Positions 51,689-64,000 of a DNA stretch of 64,000 bases are shown in pieces. Position numbers and translations under genes: made by a program. Position 1 is the first letter of the stretch. Every line of letters begins with the position of its first letter. The DNA comes from Eledone cirrhosa (lineage: Eukaryota), in the NCBI GenBank assembly GCA_964016885.1, contig OZ024743.1, positions 219,418,001-219,482,000 on the forward strand, read 5' to 3'. The notes beneath the pieces are model-generated. The model ran no database searches, was not told the origin of the DNA, and was given only the letters and a program-made list of their open reading frames with translations.

Positions 51689-54600
51689 AGAGCAGAAAAA
51701 TGGGTGGATAAGATAATAGATGTAAATAGAGTAAACGACAGAATAATTAAAATAAGACTTGTTCTAAATAGAACTACTGTGACGATAATATCTGCGTACG
51801 CGCCCCAATCCGGACTGCCTGGCGCTATAAAAGACACTTTCTATGAGACACTGATGCTCACTACCTCCCAAATAACCGACAGTGACTATATAATTATTGC
51901 TGGCGACCTAAATGGTCACGTTGGACAACATTGTGACGGCTATGATGAAATCCATGGAGGCTATGGGTTTGGTACTAGAAATGAGGAAGGCTCCAGAATC
52001 CTGGAATTCTGTGACGCAAATAACCTAACAATCTGTAACACTAACTTCAAAAAACGAGACAATCACTTGATCACCTACAGATCAGGGGAACATACCAGCC
52101 AGGTAGATTATATCCTTACCAGAAGACGTGACAGAGTGACTGTTGTAAACACTAAATCCCTCCCCCATGAAGAATGCACCTCCCAACATAGACTGATAAT
52201 TAGCGACCTCATAGTCAGGACGAGACGTACTCGACAGCAGAAGAGGACTATCCTCAAGAGAAAAATATGGAAGCTAAAGGACCCCACAGCCAGAAATAAA
52301 TTTCAAAGCATATTATTTGATGCTTTCGACAGTAAGGAAGAGCATTTAGAGTCGGACAATATAGAGGGACAGTGGGAATTCCTGAAAGCAAACCTGCTGA
52401 TGGCGGCAGACGAAGTCTGTGGCCGGAGCAGGCCTATAGGCAGGAGGAGAGTAACATGGTGGTGGAACAGTAAGGTGGAGGAGTCGATTAAGGCCAAAAA
52501 GCAGGCTTGGAAAATATGGCGGGATGGGGGAAGTAGAGAAGACTATCAAGTGGCCAGGAGGGAAGCTAGGAGACAAGTGTACTTTGCAAGAAGGGAAGCA
52601 GAGGAAAGAAAGTTCAAGCATGTTCTACAACGCGAGGACCAAAAACGTGAGGTGTTCAGGATTGCTAGGCAATGTGTCAAGGAAAACCGTGATATTGTTG
52701 GGGAGAAGTGTGTACTAAATGATGATGGCGTACTCGCCATCACTGACGCTGATAAGAAGGTCGCTTGGAAGTGTCACTATGAGAGGCTACTAAATGAGGA
52801 GAATAAATGGGAGAAGGATAGTCTCCCCCAGATCGATCCAATAGAGGGACCAGCAGTGTTAGTTGAAGGTAGTATAATAAGTAAGGCAATCAAAGATATG
52901 AAGACGGGTAAGGCGGCTGGGCCTTCGGAAATAGTTGCTGAGATGCTGAAGGCCTCTGGAACGGTGGGACACACCATGGTCACCCGGATAGTAAACCAAG
53001 TCATATAGAATGGGGTTGTTCCGAAGGACTGGCATAGCAGCAGCATCATTAACTGTTACAAAGGTAAAGGAGATGCCCTAGATAGGTGTAACTATAGAGG
53101 CATTAAATTAATCGACCAGGTCATGAAGGTCACGGAAAAAGTAATAGCGCAACTAATCAGAGAGAGAATTGATCTAGATGAAATGCAGTTCGGGTTTGTG
53201 TCAGGCAAAAGTACCACAGACGCTCTTTTCATTGTACGACAACTACAGGAGAAGTACCTAGCTAAAAGTAAACCCCGATAGCCTTTGTCGACTTGGAGAA
53301 AGCCTTCGACAGAGTCCCCCGTTCCATTATCTGGTGGGCTCTTAGAAAACTAGGTGTTGACGAATGGCTTGTGAGAGCTATACAAGCCATTTATAAAGAA
53401 ACAGTGAGCAAGGTTAGAATTAACAACGAATATAGTGAAGAGTTTAGCGTAAAAGTTGGTGTCCATCAGGGCTCTGTTCTTAGCCCCCTACTATTCATTA
53501 TTGCTCTTCAGGCTATAACAGAGGAGTTCAAGACCGGCTGCCCATGGGAACTCCTATACGCAGATGACCTAACGCTCATAGCTGAATCAATGGCCGAGCT
53601 AGAGAAGAAATTCCAAACATGGAAGCACGGCCTAGAATCAAAAGGCCTTAAAATTAACATGGCTAAGACTAAAGTTCTAGTTTGTAGGAAAGAAAATAAG
53701 GCGCCGGTCCCTTCCGGGAAATGGCCATGCTCAGTGTGTAGGAAAGGCGTAGGTAGAAACTCCATTTTATGTCCCAAATGCAAAGTATGGGTGCATAAAA
53801 GATGTAGTGGAATCACAGGTAAGCTAACTAAGAACAGATTTTACATGTGGCCGGTGCTCTGGTGCAATAAGTAGCAGCAAGTGCCCACAAAATACTAGCT
53901 CTTTCAACTGCGCAGAGGGTTCTATAGAAATAGTGGACAGCTTCCGTTACCTGGGTGACAAAATCAGCAGTGGGGGAGGGTGCTCCGAAAGTACAGTAGC
54001 TAGAGTCAGAACTGGATGGAAAAAGTTCAGAGAGCTTATACCACTATTAGCCGCTAAAGGGTTCTCCCTAAAAATGAAAGGCAGGTTGTATGATGCCTGC
54101 ATACGAACAGCAATGTTGCATGGCAGTGAGACCTGGGCATTGTGTGCAGAGGATATACGCAGACTAGAGAGGAACGAAGCTTGCATGCTCCGCTGGATGT
54201 GTAATAGTAATATACGCGAACGGCAAAGCATAAACGAACTAAGGAAAAAATTAGAAATAAGAGGGATCAGATGTTTACTCGAGAGAAGGCTACGTTGGTA
54301 TGGTCACGTGATGCGCATGAAAGACGACAGCTGTATAACAAAGTGCAGGACAATAAAGATAGACGGTAGCCACGGAGTAGGCAGACCCAGAATAACCTGG
54401 GACGAGCTGATAAATTCCGACCTCACACACTTACACCTCTCCAAGACAATGTAACTGGACCGAGAGCTTTGGCGGTACTCAGTAATAGAGAAGACCCGCG
54501 TTACCTAAATACAAAGTAAAATCTACTACAGTCAGTAGGCATCTCTAACAAAATACACCCCCGTCCCACCACCCCCACCCCATCCACACCGCCCCTTTCA

Positions 54601-55016
54601 ATGTAAAGTTATGTTGGTGCCACAAAATCCAGGCCGAAACAAATGAGATCGTGTAGGTGTCACGACAAAAAAAAACACATAGTCCACGCTGTAATGTGAC
54701 CGTGTAGGCAACACGGTAAAAACGTCCCAGTCCCAACTGTAAATGTGGTTGGTGTTAGGAAGGGCATCCAGCTGTAGAAAACCTGCCAGACAGTCCACGC
54801 TGTAAATGTGGCCGTGTAGGCAACACAGTAAAAACCTCCCAGCCCCACACTGTAAATGTGGTTGGTGTTAGGAAGGGCATCCAACTGTAGAAAACCCGCC
54901 AAACAGTCCTATGCGAGCAAGTCAACCACTCTTGCCTCAAGTGAGAAAACTCCCGTCCAAACCCATGCAAGCATGGAACACGGACGTTAAACGATGATGA
55001 TGATGATGATGATGAT
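51689..55016 (+). mobile_element. RTE LINE, slightly 5'-truncated, few disruptions (APE, RT, PHD-like finger)
   Basis: SAYAPQ, GDLNGHVG, SQHRL; [25 protein letters not shown]; 3' UTR with tandem modules and (TGA)n tail. Confidence 0.95.
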
Positions 55017-55444
55017 GTGACTTTATTTCTGGAGAATTTATTTACAAATATTCAAGTTTCAAGGAATGGAATCTTGCCTAATTAGAACAAATACATGAAA
55101 CCTTTTTTTTCTTTTTTTTTCAGATCTTTCAATTTTTCCAAATATAACATGTTTTGACATAGTTTTGGTATGATTTTACTGGCTTGATAAATGTTTGTAT
55201 TGAATCATAACAATATAATGTATGTTGAGCTAGATACCCTTTCTAATACCAATCAAAGTAGTTGGTACTAGAAAGAGTATCTAGCTGTAGAAACCATGCC
55301 AAAACTGACAGGAATGTATATGAAATGTGTCCCCAGTTCCATCTTAGAAAACAGTTGCTCTAATTAAGTATTTTTAACAGAGATAATTGGATGTAATATT
55401 ATGGTTATGCCCTTCTTATCACCAACAGAAGTTTGGTGAAAAGA

Positions 55445-56112
55445 GATACAAATGATCTGGGAAAACTAGAGAAGCTTGTCATGGGGTCTGTAAAATCTAA
55501 CCACTGCTTTAATAAGGATGATACAAATGATCTGGAAAAACTAGAGAAGCTTGTCATGGGGTCTGTAAATTCTAACCACTGCTTTAATAAGGATGATACA
55601 AATGATCTGGGAAAACTAGAGAAGCTTGTCATGGGGTCCGTAAAGCTAACTGCTGCTTTAATAAGGATGATACAAATGATCTTGGAAAACTAGAGAAGCT
55701 TGTCATGGGGTCTGTAAATTCTAACCACTGCTTTAATAAGGATGATACAAATGATCTGGGAAAACTAGAGAAGCTTGTCATGGGGTCTGTAAAATCTAAC
55801 CACTGCTTTAATAAGGATGATACAAATGATCTGGGAAAACTAGAGAAGCTTGTCATGGGGTCCGTAAAGCTAACTGCTGCTTTAATAAGGATGATACAAA
55901 TGATCTGGGAAAATTAGAGAAGCTTGTCATGGGGTCCGTAAAGCTAACTGCTGCTTTAATAAGGATGATACAGATGATCTTGGAAAACTAGAGAAGCTTG
56001 TCATGGGGTCCGTAAAGCTAACCATTGCTTTAATAAGGATGATACAGATGATCTTGGAAAACTAGAGAAGCTTGTCATGGGGTCAACAAAGCTAACCACT
56101 GCTTTAATAAGG
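55445..56112. repeat. 74-75-bp minisatellite, about 9 copies
   Basis: gatacaaatgatctgggaaaactagagaagcttgtcatggggtc...ctttaataaggat repeated. Confidence 0.95.
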
Positions 56113-56233
56113 ACGATGTGCAATGAACCAGTGGCCTCTGAGGGACGAGCTGCTAGAAAGGGCAGCCCAAAACCACTCAGAGGGATAGGAAAGACTGTTA
56201 TAAGGAGCGAAAGATGGTTAAAAGAGTTCCATG

Positions 56234-56304
56234 TATTTTATTATGCGCATTTCAAAAACAAATATCATCATGAGATGACATTTGCGTTTTCGTCAGATAA
56301 AATA
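56234..56304 (-). ncRNA. Type I hammerhead ribozyme motif with extended stem II
   Basis: Minus strand: tattttat CTGACGA aaac-gcaaatgtcatc-tcat-gatgatatttgt-tttt GAAA tgcgca TA ataaaata; 8-bp stem I, 12-bp stem II, palindromic loop III. Confidence 0.85.
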
Positions 56305-57666
56305 GGGATACATGATATGAAGGTTAAAAAACACTTGTGAATTGTGCAGTTTTAAATCAACATATGAAAAGTAATTTAAGATTGATGTGTGATATTGGGG
56401 AAAACAATGAGGGGGTGGGTAGAAAGGATGAAAAAGAGGAGGAGATGAAAGTAAAGAATGGTGGGGGAGGAGTATAATAAGGAAGGATGAGATAGGAGGA
56501 GAGATGGGTGATAGAAAGCGAGAGATAGCCTTTATAACTGAGAACAAATATATATTGTTTCACAGAGAGAGGTTAAAAAGCCGTTGGAAGATAATATATA
56601 ATTTAAAAGAATTTGAAAATTGATGAAGAGAAAAAATTAAGAATAATATTAAATTAAGGTTTGTATATTGAAGGGTTTAATAATATGTGCGATGAAAAGA
56701 AATTGTTAATATGTATATGTATATTATATAATAATAAACAAGAAAGACGGTATCATTTATTTTATTATGCGTGTTTCATTTGTATAACATCTGCCCTACG
56801 TGTTCTCATATCAACGGATATTTACATCTTGCATGGATTTTTGTCGGAAGAAAACACGTAGGGCAGATATTATACAAATGACATATGTTTCGAAATAAGT
56901 ATAATAAAATAAATAGGGATGAACAAGTGATACCGTCTTTCTTCTTTATTATTATATATACACACATATATATATACGTGGGAGAGAGAAGTCACAGCGT
57001 GTTAAAGGGCAGTGAACCAGTGGCCTCGGAGGGTCGAGCTGCTAGAAAGGGCAGCCCCAAACCACTCAGAGAAGTGTGCTCAACCAAACAGAGGGATAGG
57101 AAAGACTGTTATAAGGAGCGAAATATCTCGATAAATTAACGGAGCCATAGACCCTCGCCATTCCCTGTAAATAATGTGCTCAAAGGAGAAGAAATCCTGA
57201 GCTCTTTAAAATACAATATGTTGAAAAGGTAACACACTAGAGAGAGATATACAGTGCCCTATCAATAAAACAGGGAAAAAACCACCAGTGTATGGAATCT
57301 ATAACCTATGAAAGGCAGACTAAAGACACGATAATTAAAAATATAAATTAAAGCGTAAATAAATACCTCTATAACTATATAACACACGTACAAATCCAAA
57401 GAGATCTGTTTCTCCAGTAAGTTGTTGACAGAAATGGAATAACCCCGGTTCCTCAGCTTCAGACAACACTAAGAGAATTTTGGCGCTAAACTTTTCCTTT
57501 TGAAAGAAAAATGGCGCCAAACTTTTCTTTTTGAAAGAATAATGTGATTTGTCACGTGATTGTGTTCACGTGATATTACCTCTAAATATGTGAATACGTA
57601 CACAGCATTTTTCCCACGAAGGGCGAGAGTGGCGATCGCATACATATACACACAAACACATACACA

Positions 57667-57727
<61 letters not shown>

Positions 57728-57873
57728 TATATATATATATATATACATATACATACACGCAGAAACACACACATATAATAACGACCAGTACTACGATTCT
57801 GGAGGAGCCAATGATGGAGAAGATGAAGCTCTCTGCCGCAGAATAAATGGTATTTAATTTTAATAATAATACT

Positions 57874-57909
<36 letters not shown>

Positions 57910-58349
57910 CTTAATTGAATTGATTATCATTATCGTTTTTATGGCAAAAGATAGACAGAGAGGGAAAGATGTTGACATATATATATATATATATATGATA
58001 GAAAGAAGAGAAAAAAACGAGACCCTTAGAAACGAATAAGAGTCATCAAAGCGATCATATGTATTGCTTTAAACTGTAATGCGAAGGGATACGCTAGTAT
58101 TTGAGGTACCATCATTTGGGATTTTAACCCTCGGACTTTTCCCTCCCGGTTTTGAAATTTAGGGAAAATTTAGGGGTCACTGGGAATATTACATAATGTA
58201 GGGATTTTCTTTTCCTTTTCTATCATTTCTTATTTATGTATTTATATATTTATTTATCTACTCTCGTGATTGATATACCGACAAATGTTAGGTGTGTATT
58301 TTGGTTTTTTATTATGTCAGGTATAGCATCCCAAAATTTCTCCCTTACC

Positions 58350-58405
<56 letters not shown>

Positions 58406-58932
58406 CGAACACAGTGTCCCAAAAAATGTATACACACTTCAACAGCAAAGTAATCAAAGTTTGTATATATTTTGGAGGGGACACCGTGTGTATATATATA
58501 TGTGTGTGTGAATGTGTAACTAGTAAAACTGTAAAAACGCAGCGGTATATTCTAATTTGGCCCTTTTAAGGGCCACCTATATTTTCATTTAAGTAACTCC
58601 ACTTACATCTATATGCTTTAATAAAAATAAATAAAAAACGCGTGAAAAGAAAAAAAAATTTCATTTAAGTAACTCCACTTACGCGTGGTAGTAATACGGA
58701 AATAAACGATGTTTTGCTTTCATCGGCTGCTTCGACTGACAGCTAATAGCGTTGTAGTGCCTAGATCGTAACTAAGCTGTAAACGACTACTATTCACAAT
58801 AAAAAGAATAAAAGAATATATATGATCAATGTTTGAATATATTTTGTACTACGAATTACTCTATTAATTTGTAAAATATATTGTGTTGCTATTACATATG
58901 AATTTAAGTTATAAACATTTTCACTTTTAGAT

Positions 58933-60791
58933 TGTAGCGGTTGTCTCCCTTGTTGTGACTCACAACCCCAATAGATTAACAACATCTAGACGGGAAGTAG
59001 AACCCTTTCTGTAACTTCCGGCAGAGCCCTATAAAACGAATAGCCTTCGGCTCTCTCCCTCTCATTTGCCCTTCCGGCGCCTGGCCTTCGCCAGGCGTCT
59101 CGCGTTTGCCTGACAATCAAAACGGTAACTACTAACTTTGCTTCATTCTTTCGTTTATTCATTGACATGTTAACTATACTGTTAAATACTTGATTAAATA
59201 TTATACACACAAACCAGGTCTCCTTGTTACATTCATACAACCCAGTATCTTCACTATATTGGTAACCCTGACGTGATACGAACACGCAGCCGTTCATCGC
59301 TATAAGTGGTCACCCTGAAAAAAGAAAAAAATAGCAGATTCTGGAGTTGTGTGAGTAACATTACGAATACACAGCAAATTTATTGACAAACTATGAAAAT
59401 ACTCAGTAAAAGAAACGAACACACCACGCACATGTGAAATTTTCGCACAGACAGACTTTTTCTCTCACGCATCAACTAACTGTCGCATTTCACGATATAT
59501 ATATGTTTCTCGTTTCTTACAACGAACACTTTCAAAACAAAAAAAAAAACAAAAAAAGAAATTTGATATTCTTTAAAAAACATTTCAACAGGAACATTTA
59601 TTTTCGATGAACCATTACCTTTTTTTCATCGTTTTCTTCATCGTTCAAGTTTTTTTTTTTTTTTTTTTAAAAGTTCACACCAATAATTATGCTAAGTGAA
59701 GCCTTTCTTTTTCATCATTGTCACTTTCACACTTGTACTATCATTTTCTCGCGCGTTAGAAATATTATTTTTTCAATCTAGCTTAACCTTATGTTGGCAC
59801 GTGTGGGCAGCACAAATTCTCGACTCACAGAGATAGCCGCACGCCAGAGATAACGTTTCTCGCCAAGGATTCTTCAGCCTTAAGCTATATTCTCCTATTT
59901 GCCGGTTTAAAAATTTACCACGTAAATTTGCCGTTGAAAACTGCGCATTTATTCAGAATGCTTATTTCTTTGGTCGCTGGCCTCTTGACCCTTCCAGGTC
60001 AACGCATTCTCAACATCGACCATCAACTTCGGCTGTTATTTCTAGCACTTTGTGCAACTCATTTTTTCTGAAAAACTTTTTTTTACTGTGAATTTAAACA
60101 CCGAATAGGCTCACTCCGCGAGACAACATCAACAGCAACACAGCTTCACCAACAACCAAAACCAGCAGAACAAGCCAGAGAATTTATTTTTGCAGCACTC
60201 TTCCTGTGAGAAAATCCATTCGGAGGTTGGAAATTTCACGATATACCACAGAACAGAAACCACCTGCATTCATTCTCTGGAACACACTTTCTTTCCTGCT
60301 GTCATGTGATTGCACACCTGTGAACTATATTTTGTACATTTGAACTTTGAGCTCTTTTACGTTATTACATTGTATCTTTGGGTGATAGATAGATGTCCAG
60401 TCGTTCTCTGGCCAAGAGCGGTTGGCTACCTTGATATTTATCATTGATTTTTGCAAACATTCTTTTGTCGTAATTTTCATGCCTGTTACAACATTCTCGC
60501 CAACTTGCTACATATTTCATTAGATTTTTATATTCTAAAATTCTGGCGGGAGGTTATGTAGTGGTTGTCTCCCTTGTTGTGACTCACAACCCCAATAGAT
60601 TAACAACATCTAGACGGGAAGTAGAACCCTTTCTGTAACTTCCGGCAGAGCCCTATAAAACGAATAGCCTTCGGCTCTCTCCCTCTCATTTGCCCTTCCG
60701 GCGCCTGGCCTTCGTTAAATACTTGATTAAATATTATACACACAAACCAGGTCTCCTTGTTACATTCATACAACCCAGTATCTTCACTATA
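58933..60791 (+). mobile_element. Complete non-autonomous LTR retrotransposon (TRIM-like)
   Basis: LTRs 58933-59258 and 60557-60791 (TGTAG...CTATA); AGAT TSD; PBS TGGTAACCCTGACGTGAT (59260-59277) resembling the complement of the tRNA-Trp 3' end; purine tract GGCGGGAGG before the 3' LTR; no internal ORF in the track. Confidence 0.9.
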
Positions 60792-62198
60792 AGATAAATA
60801 ATTTTAGTTCCATATGATCCTTATTCTATTACTTATCCTGCTGCGGAGTGTAGTTATCCCCTACCCCGAAAAAGTAACACCAAACAAATTCCAAACAGTC
60901 TTTCATATTAGTGATTTTTTTTTTTATAGTGGATTTAATTTTTGTAGCTTTGTACAGCCACCGGAAATAACATCTGTGAAATATACAGCCCCATCTACCT
61001 GTTAGCTAGCTACCTCAATGTGAAACAAAAGAATCCTTAAAACCTACCAGACTAAACGCCTACACAGCGGCTAAACATCAAACGATATATCTGTATAAAT
61101 AGAGTGGTTCCAAACACTTCGCCAGTCGACTTTTGGCAGAGTCAACTCGCGCATTGTTGTTCCTCGCCTCTGCCATGCTTTGTCACTCACATACGCCTTG
61201 TACATCGTATTGCCGCTTCATGTGAAAATAAATAGCTGATCGAATTTACATCTCGCCTTGCTTCGTCCTTTCAACTTATGATTTCGTCTGTCCATCCTCA
61301 ACAGTTCTTTTAAGGGCTATATGCAATTACAGTTCTTTTAAGGGCTATCTCCAGATCTGATCAGATCGTATGCGATAACAGTCCTTCTAAGGGCTATTCT
61401 CGGATCTGATCAGAAGTAGTGACCAGACTGACTAACCACGTCGCTACAGCTTCATTCACCTGTCCAACCCTTGCAAACAGGGAAAGCGAACATTAAAACA
61501 ACAACGACGACGACAACTCCAGTTTGAGAAGCTACATTAAGGAGTGAGAGTTTCATGACTAAACGGTAAAAAATGAAAACCGATAAAAGAAACCTGACTA
61601 TTGGTCCAGTTTTACTGCAGGAGTTATTGTTTAACCCTACAGCAGCACTGATCGATCAACTTATGATCACATATATTCCATCCTGATGTCCTTAAGGACA
61701 GTCACTGGTCTGTTGGAGACACAGGACATGGCAGCGATAATGAGGGACAGAGACTGCTGGAGAGAACTCGTCCATGGATCTCGGGAATTTTACCCACCCT
61801 AGATAGATAGATAGATATTCCATCCCACTGTATAAGTTTTGGGGTGAAGGCATATTATTATATCTGGAACTACATTATCTAATGTTCTTTCTTTTTTAAT
61901 ATAGTAAGGTGTAATATGAGTACAATATGGCTACTTATTCTAGTAGGCTGAACAATCACAAACAGAAAAGGATAAAAAAACAGGAGATAGAGAAAGACTG
62001 AAGTTACTGCTGTTGTTATTGGTGGTAGTGTTTCTGTTGTTGGTGTTAGTGGTGGTGTTGCTGCAGTTGCAGGTACTGCTCTCACTATTGCTGATGCTAC
62101 CAGGGTTGGTGCCACTGTTGTTGTTTGCTGTTAAAAAGCACTGAAATGCCTGCAAACTGTTTGATTCTTGTGTTGTGCTGTCTGTTGGGCATTATCTC

Positions 62199-62664
62199 TG
62201 TAGCGCTCTCTAGACAAAGGGAAGTAGCCAAAGTTACTTCCCGTAGAATTTCTAGAATACCCCTTGAACTTCCGTTTCAGAGATTATAAAAGAAGGAGCA
62301 AAGGACAATCTACCTCTTTTCCACCTCTTGGCCTTAAGGCCAGGCATGGTTACGCCAAAGGTATACACTCTCTTTCACCAACGGCTCTAGAACTGACCAC
62401 ACCAAGCACAGATGCTAAACTTTTCTAATCCTATCCTATACCTCAGGATTACATCACATCATGGCACGAGGTACGTTTCACTACCAAAATTGTAACAAGC
62501 TACTTCAATAAATGCAAATTGTTACTGATCCACTTTTCCGAAGTATTCGTCATGTTTCAATTACTACATCGTCATTTCTTTTACATCTTCTAAACAAATT
62601 AAATTAGTGGTTGGCATGTAGTGGTATTTACTGGAGTGGATAACCCTATGGCCAATTCACTAAA
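62199..62664 (+). mobile_element. Solo LTR
   Basis: TGTAGCG...TTCACTAAA flanked by TCTC; internal TATAAAA and AATAAA; start and end resemble the 58933 LTR. Confidence 0.7.
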
Positions 62665-63544
62665 TCTCCTTCAGTGCTTTTTCTATTTCAGTGTGAGTTG
62701 CTGGCTCCAGCCATCCCGTGTTTGTAGGCATGCCTTTGTATACCGATATCAATGCTTTTTCTCTGTTGCTGCCAACACCTTGGAGAAGGGGGCTACATAA
62801 GCCCATACTTTTTGTAGTTTAATTAGTTTGGCTACTTGGAGTAAATATGTGTCATTTTCTGAAATGAACATGCTGAAAATTTGCTTTGCTTTTGTAGCCA
62901 TTGCTGCAAATGTATTATTTTCTGTATTACTAATATTTTTGTGGGTACTACTACTACTACTACCACCACCATTTTAAATGAGAACATAAAAGGCCGTAAC
63001 TCCATGCTGCGAAACATTTTGTCTGATGCTTACTGCTACTGTCAAATAAAAATTATAATAATGGTTTCTTATATAGGCACAAGGCCAGTAATTTTGGGGG
63101 AGGGGAAAGTCGATTAAATCGACCCCAGTGCGTGACTGGTACTTTAATTTATCGACCCCCGTAAGGATGAAAGGCAAAGTTAACCTCGGCAGGATATGAA
63201 CTCAGATCATAAAGGGTCGTAACTCTATGCTGCAAAGCATGGTGTCTGATCCTCTATGAATATTACCACTTCAAATAATAATAATAATAATTACAAGAGA
63301 AAGCACGATAACATTGCCAGATTGGTTCATTGGAAGATCTGTCATAAGTATACCATGAGCAAAAGTGAGAAATAAGTGAACAAGTGAGAACACCAACCGG
63401 AAAGGCTGACTGAAAATGAACAGTATAAGATCTTGTAGGACATGACCATCCATAATAACGATAGTGATTTCTACTATAGACACAAGGCCAGCAATTTGGT
63501 GGGAGGGGAAAGCCAAATAAATCAACCCCAGTGCATTACTGGTG

Positions 63545-63835
63545 TGCCAAAGACTGGATTGTGACTTTGTTGCCACGCCGCGCCTCCACCACCTGGGCCC
63601 ATTGAATGGCTTTCGTCCCCTCATGTCTTAATTCACATGCCCTAGCTCTGACAATACAGCCTTCATGCTTAGTGTTGAAGAATTGGTTGAGGGCCAATCT
63701 CATCACTTGCATGTCAGTCGCGATGCTTTTTCTAAGCTCCTCATCTAGTTTTCTAACTAGTTCTCCCTTTTGTCTATAGGCCCATCTGTCCTTGATGCAG
63801 AAATTACTAACAAGCAAGGACTAGCCCATTCTGTG
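63545..63835 (-). mobile_element. L1/Tx1-type LINE ORF2 fragment
   Basis: EGCIVRARACELRHEGTK resembles the GxxxRxR...EGE linker between APE and RT. Confidence 0.55.
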
Positions 63836-64000
63836 GAGACAGAGGAAAGTGTAATCACATCATATCTGAGTGTAAAAACCTAGCCCAAACTCATTATAAA
63901 GGATGGAGGCATGATATCATAGGGAAAGTGATTCACTGACATTTATGCAAACTGAACAAATTACCTCATTCTGAGAAATAGTATGAGCATAAGCCAGAGT

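Noticed and set aside
55405-56112. 25-aa repeat ORFs, or a CRISPR-like array
   Set aside because: Units alternate between 74 and 75 bp and break frame; there are no unique spacers and no cas genes in a eukaryotic context.
57395-57462. Minus-strand CTGAGGA…GAAA hammerhead candidate
   Set aside because: Stem I pairing is out of register with a UH site; at best a decayed remnant.

Overview
AT-rich, microsatellite-dense eukaryotic genomic DNA. The repeat style suggests a mollusc, probably Octopus/cephalopod; this is an inference and was not verified. The only host gene found is a five-exon cytosolic sulfotransferase (SULT)-family gene on + (CDS exons 3151-3349, 5826-6143, 6836-6933, 8018-8195, 26095-26201; 900 nt = 299 aa + stop; all introns GT-AG and in phase). 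Its frame is intact, but its PAPS-binding motifs are altered at several positions ([26 protein letters not shown]). The rest is transposon landscape: a DD36E-spaced Tc1, a mariner remnant, a Helitron with both termini that carries an LTR, several RTE and CR1-type LINEs, an L1/Tx1 fragment, tRNA-derived SINEs, piggyBac- and hAT-like MITEs, solo LTRs, a complete 1.86-kb non-coding LTR element (TRIM-like, tRNA-Trp PBS) and tandem arrays. The ORF track does not show the several type I hammerhead ribozyme motifs of Penelope-like/retrozyme style (451-493, 1177-1219, 38447-38498, 38835-38886, 45222-45260, 45569-45607, 56234-56304). These sit mostly in fold-back or direct-repeat structures, one of which is a 2.6-kb nested palindrome just upstream of the SULT gene. 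Most listed ORFs are microsatellite or antisense artefacts.
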